Shown: positions 8,654 to 18,433, counted from the stretch's first letter. The stretch is DNA of 41,263 nucleotides from Deltaproteobacteria bacterium (GCA_016926265.1 JAFGOW010000101.1:1-41263); one strand, 5' to 3'. The notes: generated by a model not told the origin, from the letters alone. Numbers and translations: made by a program.

Positions 8654-11600
8654 ATGTTGACCAGAAAATTGACCTTCGGGGATAAGTTTAGGGCGTGGCC
8701 TTGGGCTGTCGCCGTGGTTTTCGGGCTGTTGCTCCATTGCTTCCCCGCGGAAAACGCCAACGCCGACATCGCCCAGTCGCCACTGTTCCTGACGGTCGAG
8801 GTGGCGCCCAACATCGTTTTCGTGATCGACGACTCCGGTTCGATGATGTTCGAAACGATTCCGGAAACCATCACCGATACCTTCCAGACGTCGGTTTACT
8901 ACATGTTTCCAAGAACCTACAGCAGCAAAGATGCCAATACCTGGAATATCTACGGCGCCAGCAAAGACTATTGGGCCGGCGGCTCCAGCAGAGCGGTGCC
9001 CAAATTCGACGCGACCAACAAATGGGCCGCCTATTTCCGCTCCTCCCACAACAATCCCATGTATTACAACCCCGCCGTGCGTTACCAGCCCTGGGTGGAT
9101 AAGGACGGCGCTCCCTGGGTCGACGCCGTTCCCAGCGCCGCCTACCACAACCCGGCGATTACGTCGAAGGGAACCCGGAATCTGACGGCCGACAACACAC
9201 AGACCGCCTGCTGGATCAAATCCACCGCGGTCAAGGGGGGCAGCGACATCTGTGAGGACAATTCCAGTTCCAAATCCGTCACCTTTTGGCCGGCTACCTA
9301 TTTCAAATACAACGGAAGCGGTTCGCTGACCGACGCTTCGAGCTACCAGCGCGTCGAAATCCGGGATAACGGCGACAGTTATGCCGGCGGCCCCAACCGC
9401 CTCGACTGTGCCGACCCCAATGCCTGCACCTACGAAGAAGAGATCCAGAACTTCGCCAACTGGTACAGCTACCACCGCTCCAGGGTCTCGACCGCCCGCG
9501 CTGGCATCGGGCGCGCCTTCGCCGACCAGGGGGAAACGATCCGCGTTGGCTTCGGGGCCATCAACGCAGGCTCCAAAACCCTGGATGGCGCCACCAGCCC
9601 CGGTACCCTAATCCGGGGGGTGCGCGATTTTTCCGGCGCCGACCGGGAGGAGTTTTTCAGCCTGCTCTATGGCCTTGAAATCGAGGCGGCTGGCACCCCG
9701 CTGCGGCGCGGCCTCGACGACGTGGGGCAGTATTACCGCCGCACCGGCTCCCAGGGGCCCTGGAGTACCACCCCCGGCGTCAGCGGCGGCGAGGATCTGG
9801 CCTGCCGCAGTTGCTACACCCTGCTCATGACCGATGGCTACTGGAGCCACGATACTTCCAACACCTATACCGCCAGGGATTCGGTCCGGCGGGCCAACGT
9901 GGACAATACCAACGGGCCTGTCATCAACAATCCCGTTCCACTGAGCCCGAACTACCAGTATCTCCGCCCACGGCCCTATCGCGACGACTATTCCAACACC
10001 CTGGCTGACGTGGCCATGTATTACTGGAACCGAGACCTGCGCACCGACATCCCCAACAAGGTGCCGACCTCGGCTGTGGACGAGGCCTTTTGGCAGCACA
10101 TGGTGACCTTCGGCATCGGCTTCGGGGTCATAGGAAGCCTGGATCCGGCGACGGACCTCCCGGATTTGACCTCCGGCGCCAAGAGCTGGCCCAACCCGGT
10201 GAACACCAATTCCGATCCGGCCAAAATCGACGATCTGTGGCATGCCTCCCTCAACAGCCGCGGCGATTTCTTCAGCGCCACCGAGCCGGATCTGTTCGCG
10301 CAGAAGATGGGCGATATGATCGCCGCCCTGGTCGACCGCCGGATCGGTTCGGCGGCGGCCATCGCCACCAACTCGACGCGCCTCGTCGATACCACGCTGA
10401 TCTATCAGGCCCGTTTCGACAGCTCTGACTGGAGCGGGGAGATCATCGCCTATAAGATCAACAGCGACGGCTCAATCGGCGACGTGGGCTGGACCACCAG
10501 TCTGGAGGGGAAGATTCCGGTCCACGGCAGCCGCCAGGTTTTCACCTGGAACGGCGCCGCCGGCGCCGAATTCGCCTGGGCCAATCTGAGCGCCGCCCAG
10601 AAAACCGCGCTGCAGGCCGGCGGCACCGAACAGCAGGGGATCGACCGGCTGAACTGGATCCGCGGCGACCAGAGCAAGGAAAGCAATAAGACCGACGGCT
10701 ATTTGCGCATCCGCACCAAGATCCTCGGCGATATCGTCAACTCCGACCCGGTGGTGATCGGGGCGCCCGATTTCCAGTACGAGAAGCTCCCCGTTGGCAC
10801 CGCCGGGCAGAGCACCTATGACGATTTCCAGACCGGCAACAAAAGCCGGGCCAAGACCCTCTACATCGGCGGCAACGACGGCATGCTCCACGCCTTCGAC
10901 GCCCTGACCGGGGTGGAGAAATTCGCCTACATCCCCTCCCTGGTTTTCAACAACCTCGCCTCTCTGACCAGCCCCGACTATGTGCACCGTTATTTCGTGG
11001 ACGGCTCCGCCTATTTCGGCGATGCCTTTTATGAAGACACCACGGGGGGCACCAGCGCCTGGAAAACGGTCATGGTGGGGACCCTCGGCGGCGGCGGGCG
11101 CGGCGTCTTCGCCCTCGACATCACCAATCCCGACGGCTTTGACGCCGGCAAGGTGCTCTGGGAGTTCACCGACCCCGACCTCGGCTACGTCATGGGGCAA
11201 CCGATGGTGGTCCGGATGCAGAACGGCAAGTGGGCCGCCGTCTTCGGCAACGGCTATGCCAGCGACAACAGCAAGGCTTTCCTCTTCATCGTCGATCTCT
11301 GGACCGGCGCTCTGATCCGCAAGATCGACACCGGCGCCGGCAGCGCGGCCAGCCCCAACGGCCTGGGCGTTCCCGCGCTGCTGGCCAACGCCAATAAAAG
11401 CATCGACTACGCCTATGCCGGGGATCTGCTCGGCAACCTCTGGAAGTTCGATCTCACCAACAGCGATGCCTCCAAATGGACTATCGGTTACAAATCGGGA
11501 AGCACCGGGATTCCTCTCTTCATGGCCAGGAGACCCGCAACGCAGGTTCAGCCGATCACCTCTCCGCTTGAGATCGGGAAACATCCCGAGGGCGGCTACA

Positions 11601-12280
11601 TGATCTATTTCGGGACCGGAAAATATTTCGAAACCGACGACAATCTGGTTTCCGCCACTACGCCGATCCAGTCCTTTTACGGCATCTGGGACAACGAAAA
11701 AACCGCCATCACCGTCACCGACCGCAGCTCCCTCCAACAGCAGACGATCCTTTACGAAGGGCTGTTTTCGGAAGACAGCGAGGATTTGGTGCGGGTGACC
11801 TCCAGCAACACCATCGATTGGAAGACCAAACGAGGCTGGTATATCGATCTGGTGTCGCCGGCTGGAACCATCGAGGGGGAACGGGTGGTGAGCGCGCCGC
11901 TGCTCCGCCATGGGCGCGTCATCTTCACCACGGTCATTCCCTTGAACGATCCCTGCGCGGCGGGGGGGACGAGCTGGCTCATGGAGCTGATGGCCGAATC
12001 GGGATCGCGTCCAACCTATTCCGTCTTTGACATGGACGAGGACGGGAAAATCAACTCCGCCGACATGGTGACGGTCACCATCGGCGGGGAAGAGGTCACG
12101 GTGGCGGTCTCCGGCGACAAATCGGATGTCGGCATCATCAAGACCCCGGCTGTCATCACCGCCGGAGACGGCGTCGAATACAAATATACCGGCGGTTCCG
12201 AAGGCGGTATCGCGGTGATCCGGGAAAAAGGGAGCGACAACGATCAATTCGGGCGCCGTTCCTGGCGGCAGTTGCGCTAA
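8654..12280 (+). CDS. pilY1: Type IV pilus tip adhesin PilY1 (vWA plus beta-propeller)
   Basis: Signal peptide; AQSPLFL...PNIVFVIDDSGSM (MIDAS); FANWYSY; LGDIVNSDP; GGNDGMLHAF; YFVDG; YAGDLLGNLWKFD; ends SWRQL. Confidence 0.93.
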   Translation: MLTRKLTFGDKFRAWPWAVAVVFGLLLHCFPAENANADIAQSPLFLTVEVAPNIVFVIDDSGSMMFETIPETITDTFQTSVYYMFPRTYSSKDANTWNIYGASKDYWAGGSSRAVPKFDATNKWAAYFRSSHNNPMYYNPAVRYQPWVDKDGAPWVDAVPSAAYHNPAITSKGTRNLTADNTQTACWIKSTAVKGGSDICEDNSSSKSVTFWPATYFKYNGSGSLTDASSYQRVEIRDNGDSYAGGPNRLDCADPNACTYEEEIQNFANWYSYHRSRVSTARAGIGRAFADQGETIRVGFGAINAGSKTLDGATSPGTLIRGVRDFSGADREEFFSLLYGLEIEAAGTPLRRGLDDVGQYYRRTGSQGPWSTTPGVSGGEDLACRSCYTLLMTDGYWSHDTSNTYTARDSVRRANVDNTNGPVINNPVPLSPNYQYLRPRPYRDDYSNTLADVAMYYWNRDLRTDIPNKVPTSAVDEAFWQHMVTFGIGFGVIGSLDPATDLPDLTSGAKSWPNPVNTNSDPAKIDDLWHASLNSRGDFFSATEPDLFAQKMGDMIAALVDRRIGSAAAIATNSTRLVDTTLIYQARFDSSDWSGEIIAYKINSDGSIGDVGWTTSLEGKIPVHGSRQVFTWNGAAGAEFAWANLSAAQKTALQAGGTEQQGIDRLNWIRGDQSKESNKTDGYLRIRTKILGDIVNSDPVVIGAPDFQYEKLPVGTAGQSTYDDFQTGNKSRAKTLYIGGNDGMLHAFDALTGVEKFAYIPSLVFNNLASLTSPDYVHRYFVDGSAYFGDAFYEDTTGGTSAWKTVMVGTLGGGGRGVFALDITNPDGFDAGKVLWEFTDPDLGYVMGQPMVVRMQNGKWAAVFGNGYASDNSKAFLFIVDLWTGALIRKIDTGAGSAASPNGLGVPALLANANKSIDYAYAGDLLGNLWKFDLTNSDASKWTIGYKSGSTGIPLFMARRPATQVQPITSPLEIGKHPEGGYMIYFGTGKYFETDDNLVSATTPIQSFYGIWDNEKTAITVTDRSSLQQQTILYEGLFSEDSEDLVRVTSSNTIDWKTKRGWYIDLVSPAGTIEGERVVSAPLLRHGRVIFTTVIPLNDPCAAGGTSWLMELMAESGSRPTYSVFDMDEDGKINSADMVTVTIGGEEVTVAVSGDKSDVGIIKTPAVITAGDGVEYKYTGGSEGGIAVIREKGSDNDQFGRRSWRQLR

Positions 12281-12314
12281 TATCGGCCATGGACCTGAAA
12301 CCTCTGGAGCGGAT

Positions 12315-12701
12315 ATGAAATCGGAGCAGGGTTTTTCTCTCATTGAATTGCTGATCGTGGTCGCTATCTTCGGCATCCTGGTGGCCATCGCCATACCGTC
12401 CTACACCAGCTACCGGAGAAGCGCCAACCGCTCCGAGGCGCGGACCTCGCTGCTGGAGATTTCCCAGGAACTGGAACGCTATTTCGTGCGGCAAAACACC
12501 TATGTCGATAACGTCAACCAGCATAATTTGCCGAGGGATTCCCCCCATGGGATTTATCGGCTTCGGTTTGCCGCCGGTTTCCCGACCGCGACTACCTATA
12601 CTCTGGAGGCGACCCCCCAGGGGGCGCAACTTGATGATGCGGAATGCGGCACCCTGAGCATCGACCATCTCGGGAACAAACAACCGGCCGGCTGCTGGTG
12701 A
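12315..12701 (+). CDS. pilE: Type IV minor pilin PilE
   Basis: EQG|[16 protein letters not shown]; RSEARTSLL...ERYF..NTY; YTLEATP; C-terminal disulfide CGTLSIDHLG...CW. Confidence 0.88.
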   Translation: MKSEQGFSLIELLIVVAIFGILVAIAIPSYTSYRRSANRSEARTSLLEISQELERYFVRQNTYVDNVNQHNLPRDSPHGIYRLRFAAGFPTATTYTLEATPQGAQLDDAECGTLSIDHLGNKQPAGCW

Positions 12702-12731
12702 TCCAAACGGCTTGGCTTAGAGGTTAAAGAG

Positions 12732-12800
12732 CCGGCCGCCCTTTCGTGGGCGGCCGGAGGCTGTTTCTTTTCGGGGCGTCCCTTTTGGGCGCCCCATTTT
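12732..12800 (+). terminator. Tandem hairpins after pilE (probable terminator)
   Basis: ccggccgccc-tttcgt-gggcggccgg with a T-rich tract shortly after; second hairpin ggggcgtccc/gggcgcccc followed by atttt. Confidence 0.55.
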
Positions 12801-12829
12801 GCCGTGTAAAGGGTTGGGCAGCTTTTCCC

Positions 12830-12859
12830 TTGCGGGGGACTCGGGGATGCCGCTATACT
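12830..12859 (+). promoter_or_regulatory. Possible sigma70 promoter of the DUF1015 gene
   Basis: TTGCGG-N18-TATACT, about 35 bp before ATG 12895. Confidence 0.4.
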
Positions 12860-12894
12860 TCTTCCTTATTTGTGGCATTCAAAGAGAGGCGCCC

Positions 12895-14226
12895 ATGGCC
12901 AAGATCGCCCCGTTCCGCGGTTTTCTCTATCAGCAGAGCCGGATCAAAGACCTCAAAAGCGTCATGGCGCCCCCCTATGACTGCATCTCGGCCGCCTTGC
13001 AGGAAGAACTCTACCGCCACAACCCCTGCAATGTCGTCCGCCTGATCCTGGGAAAGACCTTCGACAGCGACGACGATTACAACAACCGCTACACCCGCGC
13101 CGCCGCCTTTTTCCAGGAGTGGCGGCGGGAAGGGGTGCTGGTCCGGGACGAGCAGCCGGCCGTCTATCTCTACGACCAGAAATATCCCAACGAAGAGGGG
13201 GAGGAGATGGTCCGCAAGGGGTTTCTGGCCCTGGTCCGTCTCGAGGATTTTTCCTCGGGGGTGGTAAAACCCCACGAACATACCCTCGAAGGCCCCAAAA
13301 CCGACCGTTTTGAACTGATGAAGGCCTGCGGCGCCAACTTCAGCCCGATCTTTTCCCTCTATTCCGATCCGACCTTCGCCCTGGAATCGGTGATGAGGAA
13401 GAACCGGGAGCGGACCCCGGATCTGTCGGTGCGTTATGACGGCGACGAGCACCATCTGCTGTGGCGGGTCACCGACGAAGGGCAGATCCGCAAGTTTCAG
13501 GAACTGCTCAACGGCAAACCGCTTTTCATCGCCGACGGCCATCACCGCTACGAGACCGCGCTTCGCTACCGGGACTACCTCCGCGACCGGACCGCTAATT
13601 TCACCGGCAAGGAACCCTTCAATTATGCCCTCATGTATTTCTGCAACATGGAGGATCAGGGGCTGATGGTGTTTCCCATCCACCGGCTGATTTTCGGGCT
13701 TCCAGCGCTCGACCCGGCCGCTTTTCTGGAGGCCGCCGCCCAAAATTTCGTGGTGGAGCCCGACGGCTTCGACATCGACGACCCCGTTTCCCGCAAACGG
13801 GTGCGGGCCACCCTGGCCGGTAAAGGGAAATATTGCTTTGCCTGGTATCCGGGCGGCGGCAAGATTTATTTCCTGACCTTGCGAAATGAGGCGGTCATGA
13901 ACGGTTATTTTCCCGCCGAGGCTCCCAAGGCGCTGAAGACCCTCGACGTCTCCATCCTGCACCGGCTGGTGATCGAGGAACTGCTCGGCATTTCGCTGGA
14001 GGATCAGAAAAACCAGAAAAACATCGAATACGTCAAAGGATTCGACGAGGCGTTGCGGGGGGTCCGGGAGGGCAGGGCGCAGATGGCCTTTCTGATGAAT
14101 GCCACCCGGGTCGGAGAGGTTCGGGAAGTGGCCAACATCGGCGGCAAGATGCCTCAGAAATCGACTTATTTTTTTCCCAAACTGTTGAGCGGCATGGTGA
14201 TCAACAAGATCACCGAGGACCCCTGA
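12895..14226 (+). CDS. DUF1015 family protein (ParB/Srx-like)
   Basis: IAPFRG, APPYD, PHEHT, IADGHHRYETA, PIHRL, MPQKSTYFFPK; start at ATG 12895 after a GAGAGG RBS. Confidence 0.85.
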   Translation: MAKIAPFRGFLYQQSRIKDLKSVMAPPYDCISAALQEELYRHNPCNVVRLILGKTFDSDDDYNNRYTRAAAFFQEWRREGVLVRDEQPAVYLYDQKYPNEEGEEMVRKGFLALVRLEDFSSGVVKPHEHTLEGPKTDRFELMKACGANFSPIFSLYSDPTFALESVMRKNRERTPDLSVRYDGDEHHLLWRVTDEGQIRKFQELLNGKPLFIADGHHRYETALRYRDYLRDRTANFTGKEPFNYALMYFCNMEDQGLMVFPIHRLIFGLPALDPAAFLEAAAQNFVVEPDGFDIDDPVSRKRVRATLAGKGKYCFAWYPGGGKIYFLTLRNEAVMNGYFPAEAPKALKTLDVSILHRLVIEELLGISLEDQKNQKNIEYVKGFDEALRGVREGRAQMAFLMNATRVGEVREVANIGGKMPQKSTYFFPKLLSGMVINKITEDP

Positions 14227-14246
14227 CGGGGCGCCGGGGGAGTCTT

Positions 14247-14308
14247 AAACCGGTTTCAAACGAACAAGGGCGGCGCTAGCGCCGCCCTTGTTCGTTTGAA
14301 ACCGGTTT
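14247..14308. repeat. Perfect 62-bp palindrome (31-bp arms, no spacer); may act as terminator
   Basis: aaaccggtttcaaacgaacaagggcggcgct|agcgccgcccttgttcgtttgaaaccggttt, checked base by base; ends in a T run. Confidence 0.92.
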
Positions 14309-14446
14309 TTCCCTCTTCAATATTGAATGTTGTTAATGTAAAAATACCGTTACGTTCTCTCTCCACGGGGTGGCGATGCCGGTCCCGAAGCCGTCAAATT
14401 TTTGTCCTGGCAGGGTTTTTCCCACTCGCTGGAAGGAATCTCGGCC

Positions 14447-15448
14447 ATGAAGATCGTCAGGAACCTGGAAGACCCTCTGCTCCCCCTGAAAAACACCGTG
14501 GTCACCATCGGCAACTTTGACGGCGTCCACCTCGGCCACCGGGAAATCTTCCGGCGGCTGGTCGCCGCCGCCCGCCGCCTCGGCGGCAGTTCGGCGGTGT
14601 TGACCTTCGTCCCCCATCCCATGGAGGTGCTGGCGCCGCATCGGGCGCCGCGCCTCATCAATACCTACGCCGAAAAGGAGGCCCTCATCGAGGCCTCCCA
14701 CATCGATTTCCTGGTCTGCGCCCCTTTCACCGCCGAAACTGCCCGGATGCCGGCGCCGCGCTTCGTGGAAGAAGTCCTGGTGGGGAAACTGGGTCTGACC
14801 CATCTGATCGTCGGCTATGACTACCGTTTCGGGAAGGGGCGGGAAGGGGACATCCCCTATCTGGCCGAAAAAGGGAAGGAGATGGGTTTCGGGGTCGAGA
14901 TTCTGAAGCCGATTTCCAAGGGCGGCCAGATCTACAGCTCCACGTTTATCCGCAAGCTCATCGCCGAGGGCAAGGTGGCGGAGGCGATCCCCTTCCTGGG
15001 GAGGAATTTCAAACTGGAAGGGTGGGTGCGACCCGGTTTCCGGCGCGGGCGCATGATCGGCTATCCCACCGCCAATCTGATCCCCGACCCGAAGATCCTT
15101 CCCGGCCCCGGCGTTTACGCCGTGAAGGTCCGCTGCCGCGGCCAAATCCGGGACGGCGTTCTCAACATCGGCTACAACCCCACCTTCTCCCAGAACGAAC
15201 TGTCGGTGGAGGTTCACATTCTCGATTTCGCGGAGACCATTTACGGCGAAAAGGTACGGCTTTTTTTCGTGGATCGGCTGCGGGACGAAACCCATTTTCC
15301 GTCGAGGGAGGAGCTTCGGGCCGCCATCGGTCAGGATGTCGAGCAGGCCCGCCGGATACTGAAAACCAGCCGGATCATCGAATACCGGGAATATCTGGAA
15401 GCTGGCGACGGCGCCTCCGGGGAAGGGAATTCTCATGAAAGGGATTGA
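14447..15448 (+). CDS. ribF: Bifunctional riboflavin kinase / FAD synthetase
   Basis: TIGNFDGVHLGH, VGYDYRFG, SST.IR, GYPTAN, NIGYNPTF, EVHILDF; start ATG 14447. Confidence 0.95.
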   Translation: MKIVRNLEDPLLPLKNTVVTIGNFDGVHLGHREIFRRLVAAARRLGGSSAVLTFVPHPMEVLAPHRAPRLINTYAEKEALIEASHIDFLVCAPFTAETARMPAPRFVEEVLVGKLGLTHLIVGYDYRFGKGREGDIPYLAEKGKEMGFGVEILKPISKGGQIYSSTFIRKLIAEGKVAEAIPFLGRNFKLEGWVRPGFRRGRMIGYPTANLIPDPKILPGPGVYAVKVRCRGQIRDGVLNIGYNPTFSQNELSVEVHILDFAETIYGEKVRLFFVDRLRDETHFPSREELRAAIGQDVEQARRILKTSRIIEYREYLEAGDGASGEGNSHERD

Positions 15449-16301
15449 CGGCCAGACCAAAGTCTATGGGATTTTCGGCTTTCCGGTGGCGCACACCCTG
15501 TCGCCTTCGATGCAGAACGAGGCTTTCCGGCAGTCGGGGATCAACGCCGTCTATGTCCCTTTCCGGGTTCCGCCCGAACGGCTCGCAGCGGCGGTCGCCG
15601 CCCTGCGCGCCCTGGACATGGGCGGCGTCAACATCACCATTCCCCACAAAGAGAAGGTCTGCGAGCTGCTGGATGAACTCTCCCCCGAGGCGCGTCTGAT
15701 CGGCGCCGTCAACACCATCGTCCATGAGGGGGGAAGGCTGATCGGTCACAATACCGACGCGCCCGGTTTCATGCGCGCCCTGGCCGAGGAACTCGACTTC
15801 GATCCCCAGGGGAAGCGGATTCTGGTGCTGGGGGCGGGTGGTGCCTGCCGCGCCGTGGCGGCGGGACTGGCGCTGGGGGGGGCGTCCTGGATCGGAATCG
15901 CCGATCTGGTCCCCGAGCGGGCGCGGCGGCTCGGGGAGGATTTGGCGGTGACATTTAACGGCACGTTATTTGCTTCGTTTTCTTGTGGTCCAACCTCCCT
16001 TGCGGGGCTGTTGCCGACCATCGACCTGCTGGTCAACGCCACGCCGGTGGGGATGAAGGGGGAAGTTTTCGAAGGATTCGAGTGGCGTCTCCTGCCGGCG
16101 CACGCCTCCGTCTACGATCTGGTCTATGCTCCCACCGGAACTCCGCTGACAAGGGCTTTCCGGGAATTGGGGCGCCGGGCCGCCGATGGATTGGGGATGC
16201 TGGCCGCCCAGGGGGAAGAGGCCTTTTTTCTCTGGACCGGGATACGCCCCCCGGCCGGTTCGATGAAACAAAAGCTGAAAACCCTGATCCGGGGCGGGTG
16301 A
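15435..16301 (+). CDS. aroE: Shikimate dehydrogenase
   Basis: HTLSP, NITIPHKE, GAVNT, NTD, GAGGA, NATPVG, DLVY, DGLGML..QG. Confidence 0.93.
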   Translation: MKGIDGQTKVYGIFGFPVAHTLSPSMQNEAFRQSGINAVYVPFRVPPERLAAAVAALRALDMGGVNITIPHKEKVCELLDELSPEARLIGAVNTIVHEGGRLIGHNTDAPGFMRALAEELDFDPQGKRILVLGAGGACRAVAAGLALGGASWIGIADLVPERARRLGEDLAVTFNGTLFASFSCGPTSLAGLLPTIDLLVNATPVGMKGEVFEGFEWRLLPAHASVYDLVYAPTGTPLTRAFRELGRRAADGLGMLAAQGEEAFFLWTGIRPPAGSMKQKLKTLIRGG

Positions 16302-16342
16302 CCGCCGGGTTTTAGGGATCCGACTTTTCGGGGAATGGCTTC

Positions 16343-18043
16343 ATGACAAATCTCAGGCTTGGTGAACTGCTGGTTCGCAGTCAGCTGATCAACGACGAAC
16401 AGCTCAAGAAAGCGATGGAGGAGCAGAAGAAGAACGGCGGCCGGCTCGGCCCGGCACTGATCAAGCTCGGCTTCATCGACGACAAGAATCTGACTGCGTT
16501 CCTGGCCAAGCAGTACGGGGTGCCCAGCGTCGATCTCGACAACCTGGAGATCGACAGCGCCATCATCAGCCAGGTTCCCGCCGATATCGCCCAGAAATAT
16601 CAGGTGGTTCCCATCGGGCGGGCCGGCAACACCCTCAAGATCGCCATGAGCGATCCCTCCAACCTCTTTGCCATCGACGACATCAAGTTCATGACCGGCT
16701 TCAACATCGAGGTCTCGGTCTGCTCCGAGTCCTCCGTCAAGAAGGCGGTGGACAAACACTACGATCAGAGTTCCTCCTTTGCCGAAGTCATGGGCAATCT
16801 CGGCGACATCGATCTGGAGCTGATGGACGACCACGAGGAGGTCGATCTCCAGGAACTCCAACATGCCAGCGAGGACGCCCCGGTCGTCAAGCTGGTCAAC
16901 CTGATCCTGACCGACGCCATCAAAAAAGGGGCCTCCGACATCCATGTCGAGACCTATGAGAAGTCGTTCCGGGTCCGCTACCGCATCGACGGCACCCTGG
17001 TCGAGATTATGAATCCCCCCATGAAGTTGCGGGCCGCCATCTGCTCCCGTATCAAGATCATGGCGGAGATGGATATCGCCGAACGGCGCCTTCCCCAGGA
17101 CGGCCGCATCAAGATCAAGCTCCCCAACGGCAAGGACATGGACTACCGCGTCAGTTCGCTCCCGACGCTGTTCGGAGAGAAGATCGTGCTCCGGCTTCTG
17201 GACAAGGGGAGCCTCCAGCTCGACATGACCAAGCTGGGCTACGAGACGCAGGCGCTGGCCTGGTTCAAGGAGCAGATCCATAAACCTTTCGGCATGATTC
17301 TGGTCACCGGGCCGACGGGGTCCGGGAAGACGGTCTCTCTCTATTCGGCTCTTTCCGAACTCAACAAGGTCACCGAAAACATCTCCACCGCCGAGGATCC
17401 GGTGGAGTTCAACTTCGCCGGCATCAACCAGGTCCAGGTCCACGAGGATATCGGCCTCACCTTCGCGGCGGCCTTGCGTTCCTTCCTGCGTCAGGACCCC
17501 GACATCATCATGATCGGCGAGATGCGCGACTTCGAGACCGCCGAAATCGGGGTCAAGGCGGCGCTCACCGGCCACCTGGTCCTTTCCACCCTGCATACCA
17601 ACGACGCTCCCAGCACCGTCACCCGTCTTCTCAACATGGGGATCGAGCCGTTTCTGGTCAGCACCGCCGTCAACCTGATCTCCGCCCAGCGGTTGGCCCG
17701 CAGGGTCTGCGCCGAATGCAAGGAGGTGGTGGAGGTGGAAAAGAAAGTCCTGATCCAGGCCGGCGTCAAGGAAGAGGAACTGGACCAGTACACCATCTAT
17801 AAGGGGCGCGGCTGCCCGACCTGCAACAACACCGGTTACAAGGGGCGGGTCGGGGTCTACCAGGTCATGCCGATGTTCGAACCGATCCGCGAAATGGTGC
17901 TGAAGGGCGCCAACGCCACCGAGATCAAACGGGAATCGATGCGGCTCGGCGTCAAGACGATGCGCCAGTCGGCCCTGACCAAGATGAAGGAAGGCCTGCT
18001 CTGTCTCGATGAGGTGTTGCGGGTGACCGTCGGCGACGATTGA
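16343..18043 (+). CDS. pilB: Type IV pilus extension ATPase
   Basis: N-terminal MshEN-like RLGELL/RLG..L; ASDIHVE; GPTGSGKT; AEDPVE; LRQDPD; tetracysteine CAEC/CPTC. Confidence 0.96.
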   Translation: MTNLRLGELLVRSQLINDEQLKKAMEEQKKNGGRLGPALIKLGFIDDKNLTAFLAKQYGVPSVDLDNLEIDSAIISQVPADIAQKYQVVPIGRAGNTLKIAMSDPSNLFAIDDIKFMTGFNIEVSVCSESSVKKAVDKHYDQSSSFAEVMGNLGDIDLELMDDHEEVDLQELQHASEDAPVVKLVNLILTDAIKKGASDIHVETYEKSFRVRYRIDGTLVEIMNPPMKLRAAICSRIKIMAEMDIAERRLPQDGRIKIKLPNGKDMDYRVSSLPTLFGEKIVLRLLDKGSLQLDMTKLGYETQALAWFKEQIHKPFGMILVTGPTGSGKTVSLYSALSELNKVTENISTAEDPVEFNFAGINQVQVHEDIGLTFAAALRSFLRQDPDIIMIGEMRDFETAEIGVKAALTGHLVLSTLHTNDAPSTVTRLLNMGIEPFLVSTAVNLISAQRLARRVCAECKEVVEVEKKVLIQAGVKEEELDQYTIYKGRGCPTCNNTGYKGRVGVYQVMPMFEPIREMVLKGANATEIKRESMRLGVKTMRQSALTKMKEGLLCLDEVLRVTVGDD

Positions 18044-18100
18044 TAATCCCTGGCGAAACCGGGTTGTCGGAACAGTCTAATGATTCGCCATCGCAGTCCT

Positions 18101-18145
18101 CTTTTACCGCAAGATCTCAAAGGGCGCAAAGAGGGGAAAAAAAGG
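18101..18145 (+). repeat. Solitary copy of the 'ccgcaaag-cgcaaag' repeat
   Basis: cttttaccgcaagatctcaaagggcgcaaagaggggaaaaaaagg nearly matches 22619-22664. Confidence 0.75.
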
Positions 18146-18199
18146 CTGCCACCCCACTTTCATGCTTTGGTGGCCAAGAATGAAAAGAGTGGCAAATCT

Positions 18200-18280
18200 T
18201 GGATCCCCGATAGGATGACTCGGGGATGACGGAAAAGAATGGAAGCCTGTCATTCCCGAAGGTTTTCATCGGGGATCCAG
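18200..18280. repeat. REP-like palindromic doublet, copy 2
   Basis: tggatccccgataggatgactcggggatgac...cctgtcattcccgaaggttttcatcggggatccag; homologous to the reverse complement of 164-245. Confidence 0.8.
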
Positions 18281-18433
18281 AGGCCGGGATTTTTAGTGAG
18301 CTCAAAGACGGGCGCCAAAGCCCTTTTGGGATTTGATGGGAAACTGAATAGTTTCCAGTAAGCAGCCAAACAACGGGGTTCCGGGTTGCCGATGCCGGAT
18401 CGCCATTCTCATTTCCATACGGAGTCTCATAAT

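Noticed and set aside
10258-10669. Two RGD motifs in PilY1 (NSRGDFF, WIRGDQS) as integrin-binding signals
   Set aside because: The second is a commonly conserved PilY1 position and tripeptides arise by chance; there is no evidence here for a host-associated role.
10472-12394. 640-aa minus-strand ORF, and similar long ORFs opposite pilW, pilB, pilT, pilC, pilR and fusA (e.g. 31198-33201)
   Set aside because: Mirror frames of well-supported genes with biased codon use; no recognisable domains.
14309-14446. FMN riboswitch upstream of ribF
   Set aside because: Conserved RFN sequence blocks were not found.
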